A stretch of DNA of 64,000 nt from Eledone cirrhosa (GCA_964016885.1 OZ024744.1:68324001-68388000), one strand, 5' to 3'. Shown: positions 24,609 through 40,382, counted from the first letter of the stretch. Notes: generated from the letters alone by a model not told the origin. Program-made: numbers and translations.

Positions 24609-25860
24609 TTTTTTTTTTTTCTTATTGAGATTTTTCTTTTGCCTACACAGAGCAGATCATTGTACTACACTACAAAGTAGGTTTGGCGCCACAGTTATAT
24701 TTGTGTTTGATTCATAGAAAAGATTTTGGGGATTGCTTTTTCTCAGACAATTTTATATTGATTGATAGAGATTGGAGTACCTATACAACCGGTTAATTTC
24801 TTAATATTTATATTGATTGGTTCATTGCTGGTTAATGCATTACTTCCAGTGGACTTTTTAAAAACCTTTAATATTGATTGGTTGCAGTTTAAAGCATTAA
24901 TGCTATTAGTCAGTTTGAAGTACCGTATTTTTCTTATTGATTGAATGCCGGTCGCAACTGACCAACCTACGTTAGCTAACTGTTCCGTATTTAATGGCCA
25001 GACAAAAAATACCATTATAGATGTTTGTGGTTTTTATCAATTTTTTCAACTACATTTTGTGTAATTTTTTTAAGACAACCAATTGTTCACTGTCCACCAT
25101 AATAGCTCCATACTTGTTCATTACATTTAACATATATCTGTTACTGAGGTCAGTCAACTGTCCAATCGCCTTCACTACAGTCAATCACTTATCCTTAACC
25201 GTTAATCCTTATCAGTAACCATGGTCAAATGAGGTTCCAACCTCGATCCTATTGTACCTCATCTTGCAGAAAGTGTCTTGCGGTGAGATCGAAGTGTGAT
25301 AGCTTCGAATTGACACGAGCTATATGAGCAAAATTGGGCAAATTAATAATTAGTTGAACCCAATCAGATGAAATATAACTGTAATTCAAAGGCACAGCTT
25401 TGTCGCACACTATGTTGCGTTTTTTCTGACAGGTTTACCTACATTGTACAGATTACTGTGAAATACGCAAGCACGTACACTATAATACAGCGGATAAGCA
25501 GTTTAATAGATTAAACTACGGGAATGCACATTTATTGAAAAAGTTAGATAACCATTTTCTGGTCGTTGAGCTTCCAGTGTTATTGATTCTCGGATCACCT
25601 CCGTGCTCACTATTATAGGGGCTGTGTTGGAGTTGTAATGGCTATTTCAACACATCTCCCTCGTTATCCTCCGGGGTAACGCTGAGGTTCTGCATATATA
25701 CACCACCACCTGGGCTCATATCATTGGAATAGTGATGATTGAGTATTCGATCTCATATTTTTGTTATATTCAGATTCACTGTTTTTTAGGGATATAACTC
25801 TACTTGATATACATACACTTAATAGAATACATAAAAAAAAAAACCTTTATTCAAAATTCC

Positions 25861-25945
25861 AGCCTATAGTCAAGAACCTTGGGTAATGACCGAAAGAATA
25901 TGATCGTGAATACAAGTGGCTGAAATGGAATTCCCTCGAAGGGTC
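25861..25945 (+). mobile_element. Tiny RTE (Rex3/Expander-like) RT fragment
   Basis: Translates as EPWVMTERI*S*IQVAEMEFPRRV. Confidence 0.5.
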
Positions 25946-26969
25946 TTTGTACAAACCAATATTCTGAATGAATGAAGCAGTGAGACAGCTGGGTACCCAC
26001 ATCATTCAACATTCTGAACTGAATCTCTATATGGTGCAGCTGGTGACATTATTGTCAGGTAAAGACAGAGATACACCAGTAGTGATCATTTATTTAGGTT
26101 GCTATTTAAAAATAAATGATAGCAGGTTTCAACAAGCTCCATAATATATCGATAAGTTTATGGATAATTTCAAATATTACTCCAATATAAATATTTCCCT
26201 AAGCTTACATCGCTAGGAACAGCTTGAATCTTGCATAATCATATTCCAACTTCCTATGTAGACAGATATTTACGTATATGTCAGTAATCAATTATTATAA
26301 GTTCGGTATATTTACTTTATTGATTTCTCAGGTAGGCAAAAGACCACAATCAATGACATTGCCGCAAATACCTGACCTAAAATTAACAGTTTCTTACTTT
26401 AACGATATGGGAAGGGGTGAAAAGCAAGCTTTATCTCGGTGGAATTTTTAAAATGTATGCAAATGATATCACTTTATAAATTCTCTATTATAAATATTTT
26501 ATCATTTCTGCCGTTATAAAAACACCAGCTGGCTGAGCTAACAAAGGATCATTTATTTATGCGGTCGCTGAATCTGATAAAATTAGCAATCGGATTTCCT
26601 CAAATCACGCTACATTCTCTTAAAAAATGGAAGGATGCATTCAAAAACGAAGGCCTAGACATACAAAATAGCTGGGATGTTCATGGCTGGAGCACCTCTG
26701 AATATACCTGACACTTGGAACTTACATGCTGCTCTGGAACTAATTAAAAACACTACACCTACTGATAGGAAGGAAATGAACTATGTATCACTAGCTTACC
26801 AAGATAATCATGCTACCAGTTACAACATATAAAGAATCAGTATCTTGAAGGGAATAGGTATCAAGTTATCTCACAGCTTCATTCATACCTTTTCCCATGA
26901 GAGGATCCAATTTCCACATTGTAAACCATTTACTTGCCATCGCTTAGATAATTTAGCATTCCCGCCCCA

Positions 26970-27048
<79 letters not shown>

Positions 27049-27193
27049 ACTCACTCTCTCTCTCTGTTCTTATCTGTTCTGTAGCCAGGTATGTGGGACT
27101 GGCTATTTACAGTGCCTTGTTTAAATCAGAATACAGCGCTGCTATGTCTGGCAGGATGATGTGATGATTGTGGATGTCGTCAGCAGAGGAATG

Positions 27194-27232
<39 letters not shown>

Positions 27233-27764
27233 TCTGTTAGTGCGTGTGCGTGTGATGTGTGTGTGTGTGTGTCTGGCTGTGTGTGTGTATGTATGTATGT
27301 ATGTATGTATGTATGTATGTATGTATGTATGTATGTATGCATGTATGTATGTATGTATGTATGTATGCATGTATGTATGTTCTTCTGGTTTTATAATTTC
27401 ACAAATTTTACCCAATAGAGAGAGAGAGGTTTCTAACATAGACACAAGACTCTCTCATTGGAATTTACACAACATCAACTAGGTAGATTATGTATGTATG
27501 CATGCATGTGTAGATATGGCTGTTATTGTATGTGTGGATGTGTATGTTTTGAGTTGTATGTGTGCATGTGTATATGCTAAGTATCTGTACATGTGTATAT
27601 GCAGTTATTAGATGTAATTTTTGGAATGTTTTACATATTTTTACTGTTCCACTAATGGATTGTACTTGTAATTTCCTAACTAGTTGTGTATCTATATGTA
27701 TGAATCTATATGTGTATGTATGTATGTATGTATGTATGTATGTATAGACGTTTTCGATTAGAAA

Positions 27765-28100
27765 CACGTGCTCAAGAATAGCTCTTTTTAAAAAACCGTT
27801 TTTTTTTCCAATTCAGGTAGACGCGTTCCATCATCCCCTTTTCTAAAAAATAAATCATTCACAAAACGCCAGCACCAACAGTTTTGCAAGAGATGTCAAC
27901 ATGAATGGACTTGTTATTTTTATGTAAAGACATTTTTGTTCCAATTCCATCCCGCCTGTCCCCCTCAACTTATCTTATTTCTCATTCTTTTTTCTGATGA
28001 AGGACTAGCGTCCGAAACGTTAAGATCCTCTTCTTGCTATATCAAGCGTTAACCTAATATATCCCTTCCATATACTGTTATACTGTACCGATTGTGTTGT
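27765..28100 (+). mobile_element. Solo 3' end / pseudo-LTR of a Penelope-like element
   Basis: Closely similar to 42464-42805, which terminates the PLE at 41548; contains a hammerhead core. Confidence 0.75.
27986..28026 (+). ncRNA. Minimal type I hammerhead ribozyme motif
   Basis: CTGATGA-A-GGAC(TAGC)GTCC-GAAACGTT with palindromic helix III typical of PLE hammerheads. Confidence 0.75.
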
Positions 28101-28114
28101 TATTTCTGTTTACC

Positions 28115-28212
<98 letters not shown>

Positions 28213-28267
28213 GTACATACATATATATAAATGCATACATACATGTACACACACATATATATATGTT

Positions 28268-28390
28268 TGAAGGCGCATGGCTGAGTGGTTAGAGAATTAG
28301 ATTCGCAATCGTGAGGTTGTGAGTTCGATTCCTGGACCGGGCGGTGCGTTATGTCCTTGGGCAAGACACTTTATTTCAAGTTGCTCCTTC
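28268..28390 (+). mobile_element. tRNA-derived SINE head (truncated)
   Basis: A-box TGGCTGAGTGG, B-box GAGTTCGATTCC, then TGTCCTTGGGCAAGACAC; homologous to 57093-57358. Confidence 0.75.
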
Positions 28391-28494
28391 TACATGGAGT
28401 TGCGACTGATAGAAGGTATTAGCAATTGGAAAGACCAATGGGAACATTGTTTCCTTGGCCCGATTTGACGAAAGTCGATCGACTGTCGATATTT

Positions 28495-28700
28495 TCTGAA
28501 GTGTCCGACACCATCACGGTGATGTCGTCCGCATAAACCGACACAGCCTTTCCGCGTCCCGGTTCGAGCGGGATGCCCTGAAACAGCTCCAGCTTCCGCA
28601 GTAAAGGCTCGAGAGTCAATAGGTACAGAAGGGAGGAGAGAGGGCACCCTTGACGGACCGATCGAGAGACCTGAAACGGTTCCGAGAGGTGCCCAGGAAT
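28495..28700 (-). mobile_element. Tx1 ORF2 RT fragment
   Basis: GHLSEPF..SRSVRQGCPLSSLLY..EPLL...VYADD. Confidence 0.85.
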
Positions 28701-28949
28701 CACAGAAACCTCCCACTGGATTTTACCAACACTTTCCAGGAGTCCAGGTAAATTCTTTTGTTAACCTGTTTAGCTTGCTTCGTTTTTTTGGCTCCGGTGG
28801 CTGATGGCTTCACGACCAATGTTTTCATTTTATCTGGCCTTTATAACGTATGTTAATTGCTCTCGTCTTCTTTTAGTTCATTGAGCACTTGCCGCATATC
28901 TCGAAGATTGGGTTTAGTTTTGTTTTAGGCCTCGTTGAAATAATATTTG

Positions 28950-28986
<37 letters not shown>

Positions 28987-29050
28987 GTGAGGTTTTTTTT
29001 ACAAAATGAAAAATAACCGAGGTGTCCTACACGAGTGAAAGTATAAAGAA

Positions 29051-29461
<411 letters not shown>

Positions 29462-29625
29462 TAGTGACGAAACATAAGCAAATTGCATGAACTCATAATC
29501 CTTTTTTTACTGGTATATATATTTCGATGATAGCCATTGAATGGCTATGACCTCATCAGGCAGTTAGTCAGTTCTAAGATATGCCAGCTCTGTGTTTATA
29601 GTGTTGATGGTATCAGAGCATTGGG

Positions 29626-31304
<1,679 letters not shown>

Positions 31305-31655
31305 AAAATGAAGGAGTTACAAGCCGTTATAAGAAATCGAAAATGTAACTGGAGTCTTTATAAAAATATTTATTTGATTTTTTTACCGGTTTTACAGTTC
31401 TTATGCTTTTCAAAAGTACAATTGTGATGGAGGATGGTTTAGTTAAAAAAAAGTGTGGACGTTAGAAGAAAACGTGTGTAAGGAAATAGATAATAAAAGA
31501 AGACACACCTTGTATATCTATATAAAATAAGAGGGGACTTTATAACATGTACAAAATGTTGTTTAGTATAGATTTTCAAAAAGCTTCTTTTTAACATTAA
31601 TTGTCCTGCATACTGTTTTTCAATTGCATGGTTAGGGTCGCTTCTGCTCTTGCTG

Positions 31656-31752
<97 letters not shown>

Positions 31753-32121
31753 TGTGTAGGACGTACGGTGAAATACTGGTGTTGGTACCAAAATCAAGCA
31801 CTGTATGCAGAGGTAGAGTGTATATAAAAACAAGGAGGTTTCGGTTATATAAAAATATATCTTTTGTCGCATCACCGGACCGAGGAGCAGGTCGATACTG
31901 GATTCGGGTCCATAACTCCTATAGGTCACCTTGAGCCAATCCTCTGCGAAACGCGGGTAACAGGTTGATAGGGAAATATTTTTCATATGTAAACGAAACT
32001 TCCTCGTTTCTTCTATTCTCTCTCTCTCTCTCTCTCTCACTCTCTCTCTCTCTCTCTCACTCTCTCTCTCTCTCCTTATCTCTCTCTCACTCTCTCATTC
32101 TCTCTCTATATATATATATGC

Positions 32122-32175
<54 letters not shown>

Positions 32176-32235
32176 CGGCGATGAATTAGTTTTGCGAGGT
32201 TTTTTATATGAAATCGTGTGTCGAAACAAATATTG

Positions 32236-32572
32236 TTATATTTGGGGAGGGTCATATTTGTGTAATATTGCCAGAATTAATAACAGAACACACTCACTGT
32301 TTGGTTGGTTTTCGCTTTTCGCTTCTGTGTCTTTTATATCGGTTAATCTAATTTATTCGGTCCTCAATTGACTGACCAACGGTCAAAAATAATACAGATA
32401 CAATATAGACACAAACACATATATATAGTTTATCAAAGTTCTTTCGTTGCACATCTGCAATATCGTCAGTGGTGCTATTGTTTCCTCCCGTTGCATTGTA
32501 TTTCTACGCCAAACAGTGAGTGTGTTCTGTTATTAATTCTGGCAATATTACACAAATATGACCCTCCCCAAG

Positions 32573-32577
<5 letters not shown>
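32236..32577. repeat. Fold-back element with ~70-bp inverted arms, in (TA)n
   Basis: 32236-32305 is the reverse complement of 32508-32577; leader GAATTAGTTTTGCGAG shared with 60519. Confidence 0.85.
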
Positions 32578-32615
<38 letters not shown>

Positions 32616-32784
32616 CCCTACCAAGACTGGAATTGAACCATCAGCACAGTTGAGGTTTGTCATACATCAATTTATGTATTTTATCTGATGGTCACGTACT
32701 GAAAAAACAGCACAATACCTCCGAAATATATATAATAAAACATATATTTTGATTATGTGAATGTATCCATTTATTAATATTTTG

Positions 32785-32856
<72 letters not shown>

Positions 32857-32860
<4 letters not shown>

Positions 32861-32904
32861 GAAAGTATAAAAGTATAAACAGTTCTAGTCCTGTAGAAGC
32901 CATT

Positions 32905-32950
<46 letters not shown>

Positions 32951-33002
32951 GAAAGTATAAAAGTATAAAAGTATAAACAGTTCTAGTCCTGTAGAAGCCA
33001 TT

Positions 33003-33048
<46 letters not shown>

Positions 33049-33078
33049 GAAATGACTTCTACAGGACTAGAACTGTTT
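32857..33078. repeat. Short unit twice direct and once inverted, separated by (TA)n
   Basis: AAACAGTTCTAGTCCTGTAGAAGCCATTTCTATATT at ~32877 and ~32975; reverse complement at ~33043-33078. Confidence 0.88.
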
Positions 33079-33104
33079 CATTTGGGAGAAATCACCAGGA
33101 AACC

Positions 33105-33142
<38 letters not shown>

Positions 33143-33453
33143 AAAAAAAGGAAAAGACTTCACTTGTATTGTTAAAAAAATTTTATGATTTAATGTTAGA
33201 GCATATAATATTATAATATTATGAGTTGGTAGATCCAGTAAGCTCTGTGTTAACTTCGGTGGGAAGAATTTTAGAGATTCCTGGTTAACTTGGGCTGGAG
33301 AACTTTCTCGCATTCGTCTGTCGGTGGCGATTGTCAAACTGAGATCAGGTTGTTAAAATGTGTGACTATATATAAGAGAGATTTGGATGTGTCTGGGTGT
33401 GGCGTGTGGTGTTAATGAGTGTTGATGATGATGAAGGTCCGGAGGAATTAAAG

Positions 33454-33526
<73 letters not shown>

Positions 33527-34875
33527 ACACACACACACATATATATACACTCAGAAAATGGTGAAGTTGTAAGATAAAGGTGTTTGAGAAGGTGGTCGTA
33601 AACATACTCTCCTGCTAGTTTTATTTCATCAGCTGACCTTTCAGCTGACCTCAATGGCATAGCTGAATCAACTCTTCCAAATCCATAAAGACTATCTTCT
33701 ACAAATTTCTATATCAAAGATGAATTTAGTTATAGTGGTAGATTTTTGAGACTTATTTTAGGAAAAAAGTAGCGACTTCGACGCCGGCACGCCACTGGGA
33801 TGACGCTGTGCGATGTGTGTATTTTAAAAAAAATGCAACACGTGGTTCAAGTCATTCACAGATTTGCATTTGCTTTGTAAACGCAGATAGTTATTTTCTT
33901 CTCCTTTGGTGACCATCCAGCATTTGACTACTGTGATTTACTGATTAATTGGTGAAATATATTTTTTATTTAAAGAAATATATACAAAGGAGATTAATCA
34001 TTTTAAAAGGTATGTATATTTGAAGTTCTAGTTAAACTTTAATTAGTTACATACCTAGCTATGTGTGCTTACATACTTTTCAAATTATTCCCTGTGATTG
34101 TTCCATATGTTTATTTTATATATATATATGTCAATCTATTTCTAGTTGATATGAAATGCTCGGATCTATTCTTTGAGCTTATTCTGCAGAGGATATGGCG
34201 CATGTCTCTCAGACATGACAACACTTAATTTAATTTTGGATATGTATATATATATATATACATTTCTTGTTTTTAATTTACTCCGGATTAAACAGATCCA
34301 CATGCGCACTTCGTTGAGTGCTCTACTCTGCATACTTAAGTGTCGGTAACCAACCAACACATACTCAAATTTATATATATCTATATCTATAAAAATGAAA
34401 ATGTCTGTCTGTGTGTGAGTGTGTCTGTTCTGCAGCAACTTTTGATCCGCAAGGCCGATTTTTTTTGTAATCAACCACAAATTTATCAAGGCAGGTCGGC
34501 ATAACATTGCGAATGTTCGACTTCCCCTTTTCCCAGGTAAAAAATCGATAAAACTGACTATAGGTACGACTTTGCATAGAAAAAATCTCTACATCTATAA
34601 AAATGAAAAGGAAAGAGTGAGAGTGAAAGAAACAGACAGACTAAAAGAGGGGGATAGCGGGAGAGAGAGAGAGAGAGAGAAAGAGAGCGACAAACGCTGT
34701 GTTTGATACATAACAGTGGAAGAGAGGAAGGAAAGCTATAACTAATTAACATGCGTGCGTGTGTGTGCGTGCGCGTGTGTGTGTTCGTGCAGCGTTCCAG
34801 TAAGAGTTAAATCTATTAACATATGTGTGTACTTGCACACGTGCGTGAGTTTGCGTGCGTTTGAGCGTTTGCGTG

Positions 34876-34924
<49 letters not shown>

Positions 34925-34959
34925 ATGTGTGTGTACGTGCGGGTGTACGAACATGAGAG

Positions 34960-35751
34960 CTCGGATGTTTGGTGACCAAGTGTCATCAGATTTTGCTACC
35001 AATCTATTGACACTTGGGAACAGCAAAGTGCCACTTTATGAAGATGAAAAAATCTCCCTCGAACTGGTCTGCACTTTAGTCGACAGTGCTGACGACTTGA
35101 CAGATACAGTATTCCCTGAGTTGAGCACTAACTACCAAAATCCAAACTGGCTGTGCGAAAGGGCAATACTGGCTCTGAAAAATGAGACTGTCGACTAAAT
35201 CAACGGACAACTGCTTAAGTCTCTTCCTACAGCTTCGTGTACATACAAGTCCATCGATACAGTCACAGACCCCATTAACTACCCAATTGAGTTTCTTAAC
35301 TCATTGAACCCCTCTGGGTTGCCATCTCATCGATTGGAACTTAAGCAAGGATGCACAATTATGCTTTTGAGTAATCTACACCCACCAAAACTCTGCAACG
35401 GCACCCGCCTTACAGTAAATAAACTAACGCAAACTTGATCGAGGCGACGATTCTCTCGGGGTGTGGAAAGGGGGAAAATGTTTTTAACACAAGGATTCCT
35501 CTTTGTCCGTCAACATCAGCGATCCCCCTTTTCATTTAGGAGGCTCCAGTTTCCAGTTCGTTGTAGTTTCGTTATGACGATAAATAAGTCTCAGGGGCAA
35601 ACATTGTCTGTCGCGGGAATAAACCTAGAAGAGCCATGCTTTTCGCACGGGCAGCTATATGTTGGATGTTCCAGAGTGGGAAGCAAAAGAAACCTTTATG
35701 CATTTGCTCCAAACGGTAAAACCACAAACATTGTATACCAAGAAGTTCTGT
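34960..35751 (+). pseudogene. Helitron Pif1-like helicase C-terminal fragment
   Basis: [62 protein letters not shown]; stops and frameshifts. Confidence 0.9.
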
Positions 35752-35759
35752 AATCAACA

Positions 35760-36420
35760 CTGCGACACAAACCGTCTTCTAACAATCAAATACCTCGCTG
35801 CTTTAAATAATTACCAAATTGTAGACATACTGCCTTTTTGAAATTCATAACACCATACTTTTCGACAGTAAACTTTGTGACCACTTTGAGCTGCACGGTA
35901 TTGAAATGCACGTTCCCCTCTGGTTGGTTGAGCCTGTTTTCCATGGATTCGCCAGCGCGTGCAGCAGATGTTGATTCACATGTCTTTACTGCCGCAGTTG
36001 ACGCTGTGTTTCGGTTGATACAGCTCAAACAGCAGAAGTTGACTCACAGTTCTTTGCTGCCGCAGTTGACGCTTTGTTTTGATTGTTTCGGAAGTTGCCT
36101 CAGCATTTCTATGCCGCCGTAATGAACGCTGTGGTTCGTTCTCTGCATCTCATGCAATAGCCGTTGCCTCAATATTTGCTTTCTGTCACAGTGAGGGTTG
36201 AGAATCGTTTTCTGCACCTCAAGCAGCAGCAGTTGCCTCAGCATTTATTTTCTGTCGCATCAAACGTTGTGTTTCGTTTTCTGCATCTCGTGCAATAGAA
36301 GTAGCTTCAGCATTTTTTTTTTTTTTTTTTGCGTAATAATCGCTATTCGTTATTCTCTGTTACTTTTGCAATCGAGGTTGGTGCAGAATTTGTGTTGAGG
36401 AATTTTGAGCGTCCTTCATG
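35760..36420 (-). pseudogene. Probable Helitron RepHel N-terminal charged repeats, inverted
   Basis: Minus-strand frame with repeated AR.AEN..Q...R...NAEA units and a decayed AFQY...GSMS segment. Confidence 0.5.
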
Positions 36421-37080
36421 TTTGGTCTATGTCACTGCAATCAGTCTAAGGAAAGCAACGTCACAGTTTCTATTGGCAGCCACAACTATACAGAATGGTA
36501 AGCATTTCAAACTACATAAATCATTAGAATGCCTACATATACACAATGCATAACGAAAAATGTACATGTTTCTACTGTAGTAAACGTATGGCAGCCCTTT
36601 CATTTGTACCTTTCACTAAAAGTCGACATACATTATCTCCGTCATCCCGCAACGGCTTCAGTCCCTAAATTGCCAAACATCCTACATTATTGTCATAAAT
36701 TCCATGTGACTTACTTTTGGGCTGCTGACTTCCTTGTGGCATAGTTCGCGTTTGGAGCTTCACCGTGTCAACGTCACACTTTTACACTCATTCACCTTAC
36801 ATATGCCATAACATTTTACCGTTTTTACATCGAACAACACATACTTCTTATGGTTAAAAATAAATGTTTTTTTTTGGTTCGTGCTACGTTGTTTTCTCTT
36901 TAAAAAAATGATTTACTAATGGTAGATTTACACTCGGGCAACGCCGGGTATGGCTGCTAGTATATATATATATATATATATAAATACACAAGACTTCACC
37001 GTAATTTTGAATAAATAAACTAGTTACATAATAATAATGGGGCGTACAAACCCACTGAACTGGATAAAATGTGAATGAGA

Positions 37081-37152
37081 AAGAACATATGGGAGTCGAA
37101 CCCATACTTCTTGTTTGGTGAACAAGTACTCTACCATTACGCCAATGAACCC
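37081..37152 (-). pseudogene. tRNA-like sequence (ACC loop) / SINE head
   Basis: A-box TGGCGTAATGG, stem CTTGT/ACAAG around a 7-nt loop, T-arm ATGGG-TTCGACT-CCCAT; acceptor stem poorly paired. Confidence 0.5.
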
Positions 37153-37234
37153 ACCCATTTACCATTCTTTTTAGGAGGTATAAATTAAATAGTGTTAGGT
37201 AAACTAAACACATTCTTTATATATATATATATAG

Positions 37235-37352
37235 TTAGCCCCCCGGTGTTTACATAGCTACGACTTCCTAAAACCGTATTTCTTTAGAAATTTCGTATTT
37301 CTAAAGAAATACGGTTTAGGAAGCCGTAGTTATGCAAACACCGGAGGGCTAA
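37235..37352. repeat. ~118-bp palindrome next to (TA)n
   Basis: TTAGCCC...GGGCTAA arms around TTCGT. Confidence 0.88.
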
Positions 37353-37540
37353 AGCCCTCTGGTGGTGTCCAGCAGAAGCAAGGAGGACAACCGTCTAGGC
37401 ATATCAGGCTTGACTGGCCTTCGTCAGGGCGGTCCCTCCCACCGCTTGCAACTGCTGGACTTGAAAACAGCCGAGAATATATAGTTTTCTCGTCTGTGTA
37501 AATGAGGTGATTAATCTCATTTGCATATGAAGCTTCATAA

Positions 37541-37618
37541 GTTGGCTCAACTTATAATAGAAAAGAAATAAGATTTCACTTCAAGCATAGCTTTATACAA
37601 TATGTATAGAAATTTCGA

Positions 37619-37694
<76 letters not shown>

Positions 37695-37792
37695 TACAGA
37701 TATATATGTATGCATCGAAATTTCTATACATATTGTATAAAGCTATGTTTGAAGCAAAATCTTATTTCTTTTCTATTATAAGTTGACCCAAC
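37541..37792. repeat. Inverted repeat (~85-bp arms) centred on (TA)n(GA)n
   Basis: 37541-37625 is the reverse complement of ~37709-37792. Confidence 0.88.
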
Positions 37793-39289
37793 GTATGTAT
37801 ATATATATATACAGATATATATATATATATATATATATTCAAATATTCAAATGTTGTTCAAACTCCACCAGCTTAATTCAGCCTCCTGCTTTCCATTACT
37901 CGCAAACACGACCCCCGAATTGTTAAACGTCTTCACCTGCTTCATTCACTTGTAGAATGCACTGCGCAGGCTGCCTTGAGAGGACTAATGTCTCAGTTTT
38001 CGCAGCAATTATTTTCATTCCAGCCAAGCAGTACACGGCAGCAACCCTATCAAATGAAAGTCGGAGATGACCTTGATGCTTTAAGATGATTTGAAATTAG
38101 AAAATCTGAAATCCAAACAAACCCAGATTCATTACATGATCATAACATTAGAAAATCGGCTAAAATATCTCACCTGATCAATGAAACAATTGACAATAAA
38201 ACCCTTTTTGTACAACCGACCATCTTATTCTTCATTCTTTCACTATTATTACTCCAAGAACCACCCGCATGGAAATTCTCTTAAACTCGCCACCTAAGGT
38301 AACCTCTCGTTTAGTCAAACAACGCCGTACGTTAAAACTATCCATAGTACAGAGTATTCACAACCTCTAGCTGGATTACCTTAAACGAAACCTTGTTATC
38401 CCATATATACGTTTAAATTTGGTGTTTTACTACTGGATAGAATTGGTCATTCTGCGATGTTAATCATAACGTAATATGAGAAAAGCACTCGGCGTTATGC
38501 AACTCATCTATCTTTCATGTTGAATCATGTTGTGGTCATGATGATGATTTATATAAGAATCTTGTGTGTTGTCAGTTGTAAGATAGAAATAAAAGTTCAT
38601 CAAATGTACTCTAGATGTGTCTGCGTGGCTGTTTCATTTTTTTTCTGTGGAATTCGAGGTTGTCTTCCTTTAGCCACATCTTTTCTCTAGGTGGAATTGT
38701 ATATATTTTTTTTATTTAGTCTTTTGGAAATGTTTCCTTTTCATTCATTTATAATGATTCCTACATAAATTATCTAACTGAATGCGCGCGCAAATGTGTG
38801 TGTGTGTGTGTGTACATGTATGCATGTGTGTGTGTACGTGTGCAAATGTGTGTGCATGCGTGTGTGTGCGCGTGTGTGTGTGTGCAGGTCTGAATATACG
38901 TGTGTGTGTACGAATGCGTGTGTATACGTGCGTGTGTATGTGTGTGATGAATGTGTGCTTAAAAAAGCTCCATTAGCAACTACATGTAAGTCTTGTTTTT
39001 GATCCCTAGTCTGGGGGGCGAGGTCAATGAAAGCTTTGGGAGTGAAATTTACAAGACGTAAATCGTTTTATCATTTCCGAGGAAGCACACTTGTTCTTGA
39101 ATGGTAGACTTAAATTGTTGCCTTTTTAAACCTCACCATCTGCTATTTCGATGATTTTTAGTGTTGACGACACTGTCGCAACAATTCCGACTAGTCTTCT
39201 TGTTTTGGATAATTTTGTCATTTCCTTGGAAGCCCCGTTAAATGTTATGGGTGGAGGTTGGGGGTATTGTCTTCTTATTAAGTACTAAA

Positions 39290-39482
39290 TAATCGTTTCA
39301 ACTTTTGGCACAAGGCCAGCAATTATCTCAGTGCATTACTGGTACTTTATTTTATCGACCCCCATAAGAATGAAAGGCAAAGTTAACTTCGGCGGGATTT
39401 GAACTCAGATCGTAAAGGGAGGTAACTCTATGTTGGAAATCACGGCGTCCGACTCTCTAACGATACTGCCAATCCACCGCCT
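39290..39482 (-). mobile_element. tRNA-derived Nin-like SINE
   Basis: Homologous to 24422-24608. Confidence 0.75.
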
Positions 39483-39856
39483 AATAAGTACTAAATAATA
39501 GACACTCACTCTCATTCTATGAAATCAATTATAAGAACTATTTATGACAATATTAACCAAAGCATTTCCAAATTGAAAATGAAATGGAAATTTTCGCTAG
39601 GCATGTGGGGGGGGGGGGGGCTAAGGGCAGAGAGATATTTTGTACAACTAATTATATTCCCCCCGCCAACGTATTTTTGAAATATGTGTTTAGTCGTTGT
39701 CCTCGTCGTCGTCATCATCATCATCATCATTATCACCACCACCACCACCAACAACAACAACAACCACCACCAACCACCACCAACCACCACCAGCCACCAT
39801 CACCACCACCAACCACCACCAACCACCATCACCACCACCATCATTATCATCAACAC

Positions 39857-39901
<45 letters not shown>

Positions 39902-40382
39902 TTGCTTAGTTTTCCATATTTTCTACAAGAAGATGATGGTTCCTGAAATGTGGTCTACTACATGTGATATCAACACCGTATTTCAAGGTTAATATTTCCA
40001 ATGACGGAAAAGCTATTTACTTTACTGGAATCTTTTTCAACCCGTTGACGTGTATGTGTATATGTGTGAGCATGTGTGTATGTGCATATGTATACATTTA
40101 TATGTATGAGTATATAAATATAAACACTCAAACACAGACACACTTACAAAAAATACACACTCACAGAAGACATACATTCACACAAATACACATATACATT
40201 CACACAAACACACACACACACACATGCATTTACACAAACACACACACGCATACATTCACATAAACACACATACATTTACATAAACACACACATACACTCA
40301 CTCACGGCGTAGCAGATGTAACGCAACCACAGTTTTGCTATAGTTTTTTCACCATCCCCTTCCTTCCTTTTACACAAACATA

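Larger units (their letters stand above)
34380..36960 (+). mobile_element. Non-autonomous Helitron
   Basis: 5' TCTATATCTATAAAA after A, 3' GC-rich hairpin-like CGGGCAACGCCGGG then CTAG followed by T; internal Pif1-helicase remnant. Confidence 0.85.

Noticed and set aside
37081-37152. Functional tRNA-Gly(ACC)
   Set aside because: Acceptor stem is largely unpaired and the anticodon loop is non-canonical; more likely a SINE head or pseudogene.
37860-38420. Possible CR1-like LINE 3' remnant
   Set aside because: Only faint motif echoes; cannot be supported without a search.
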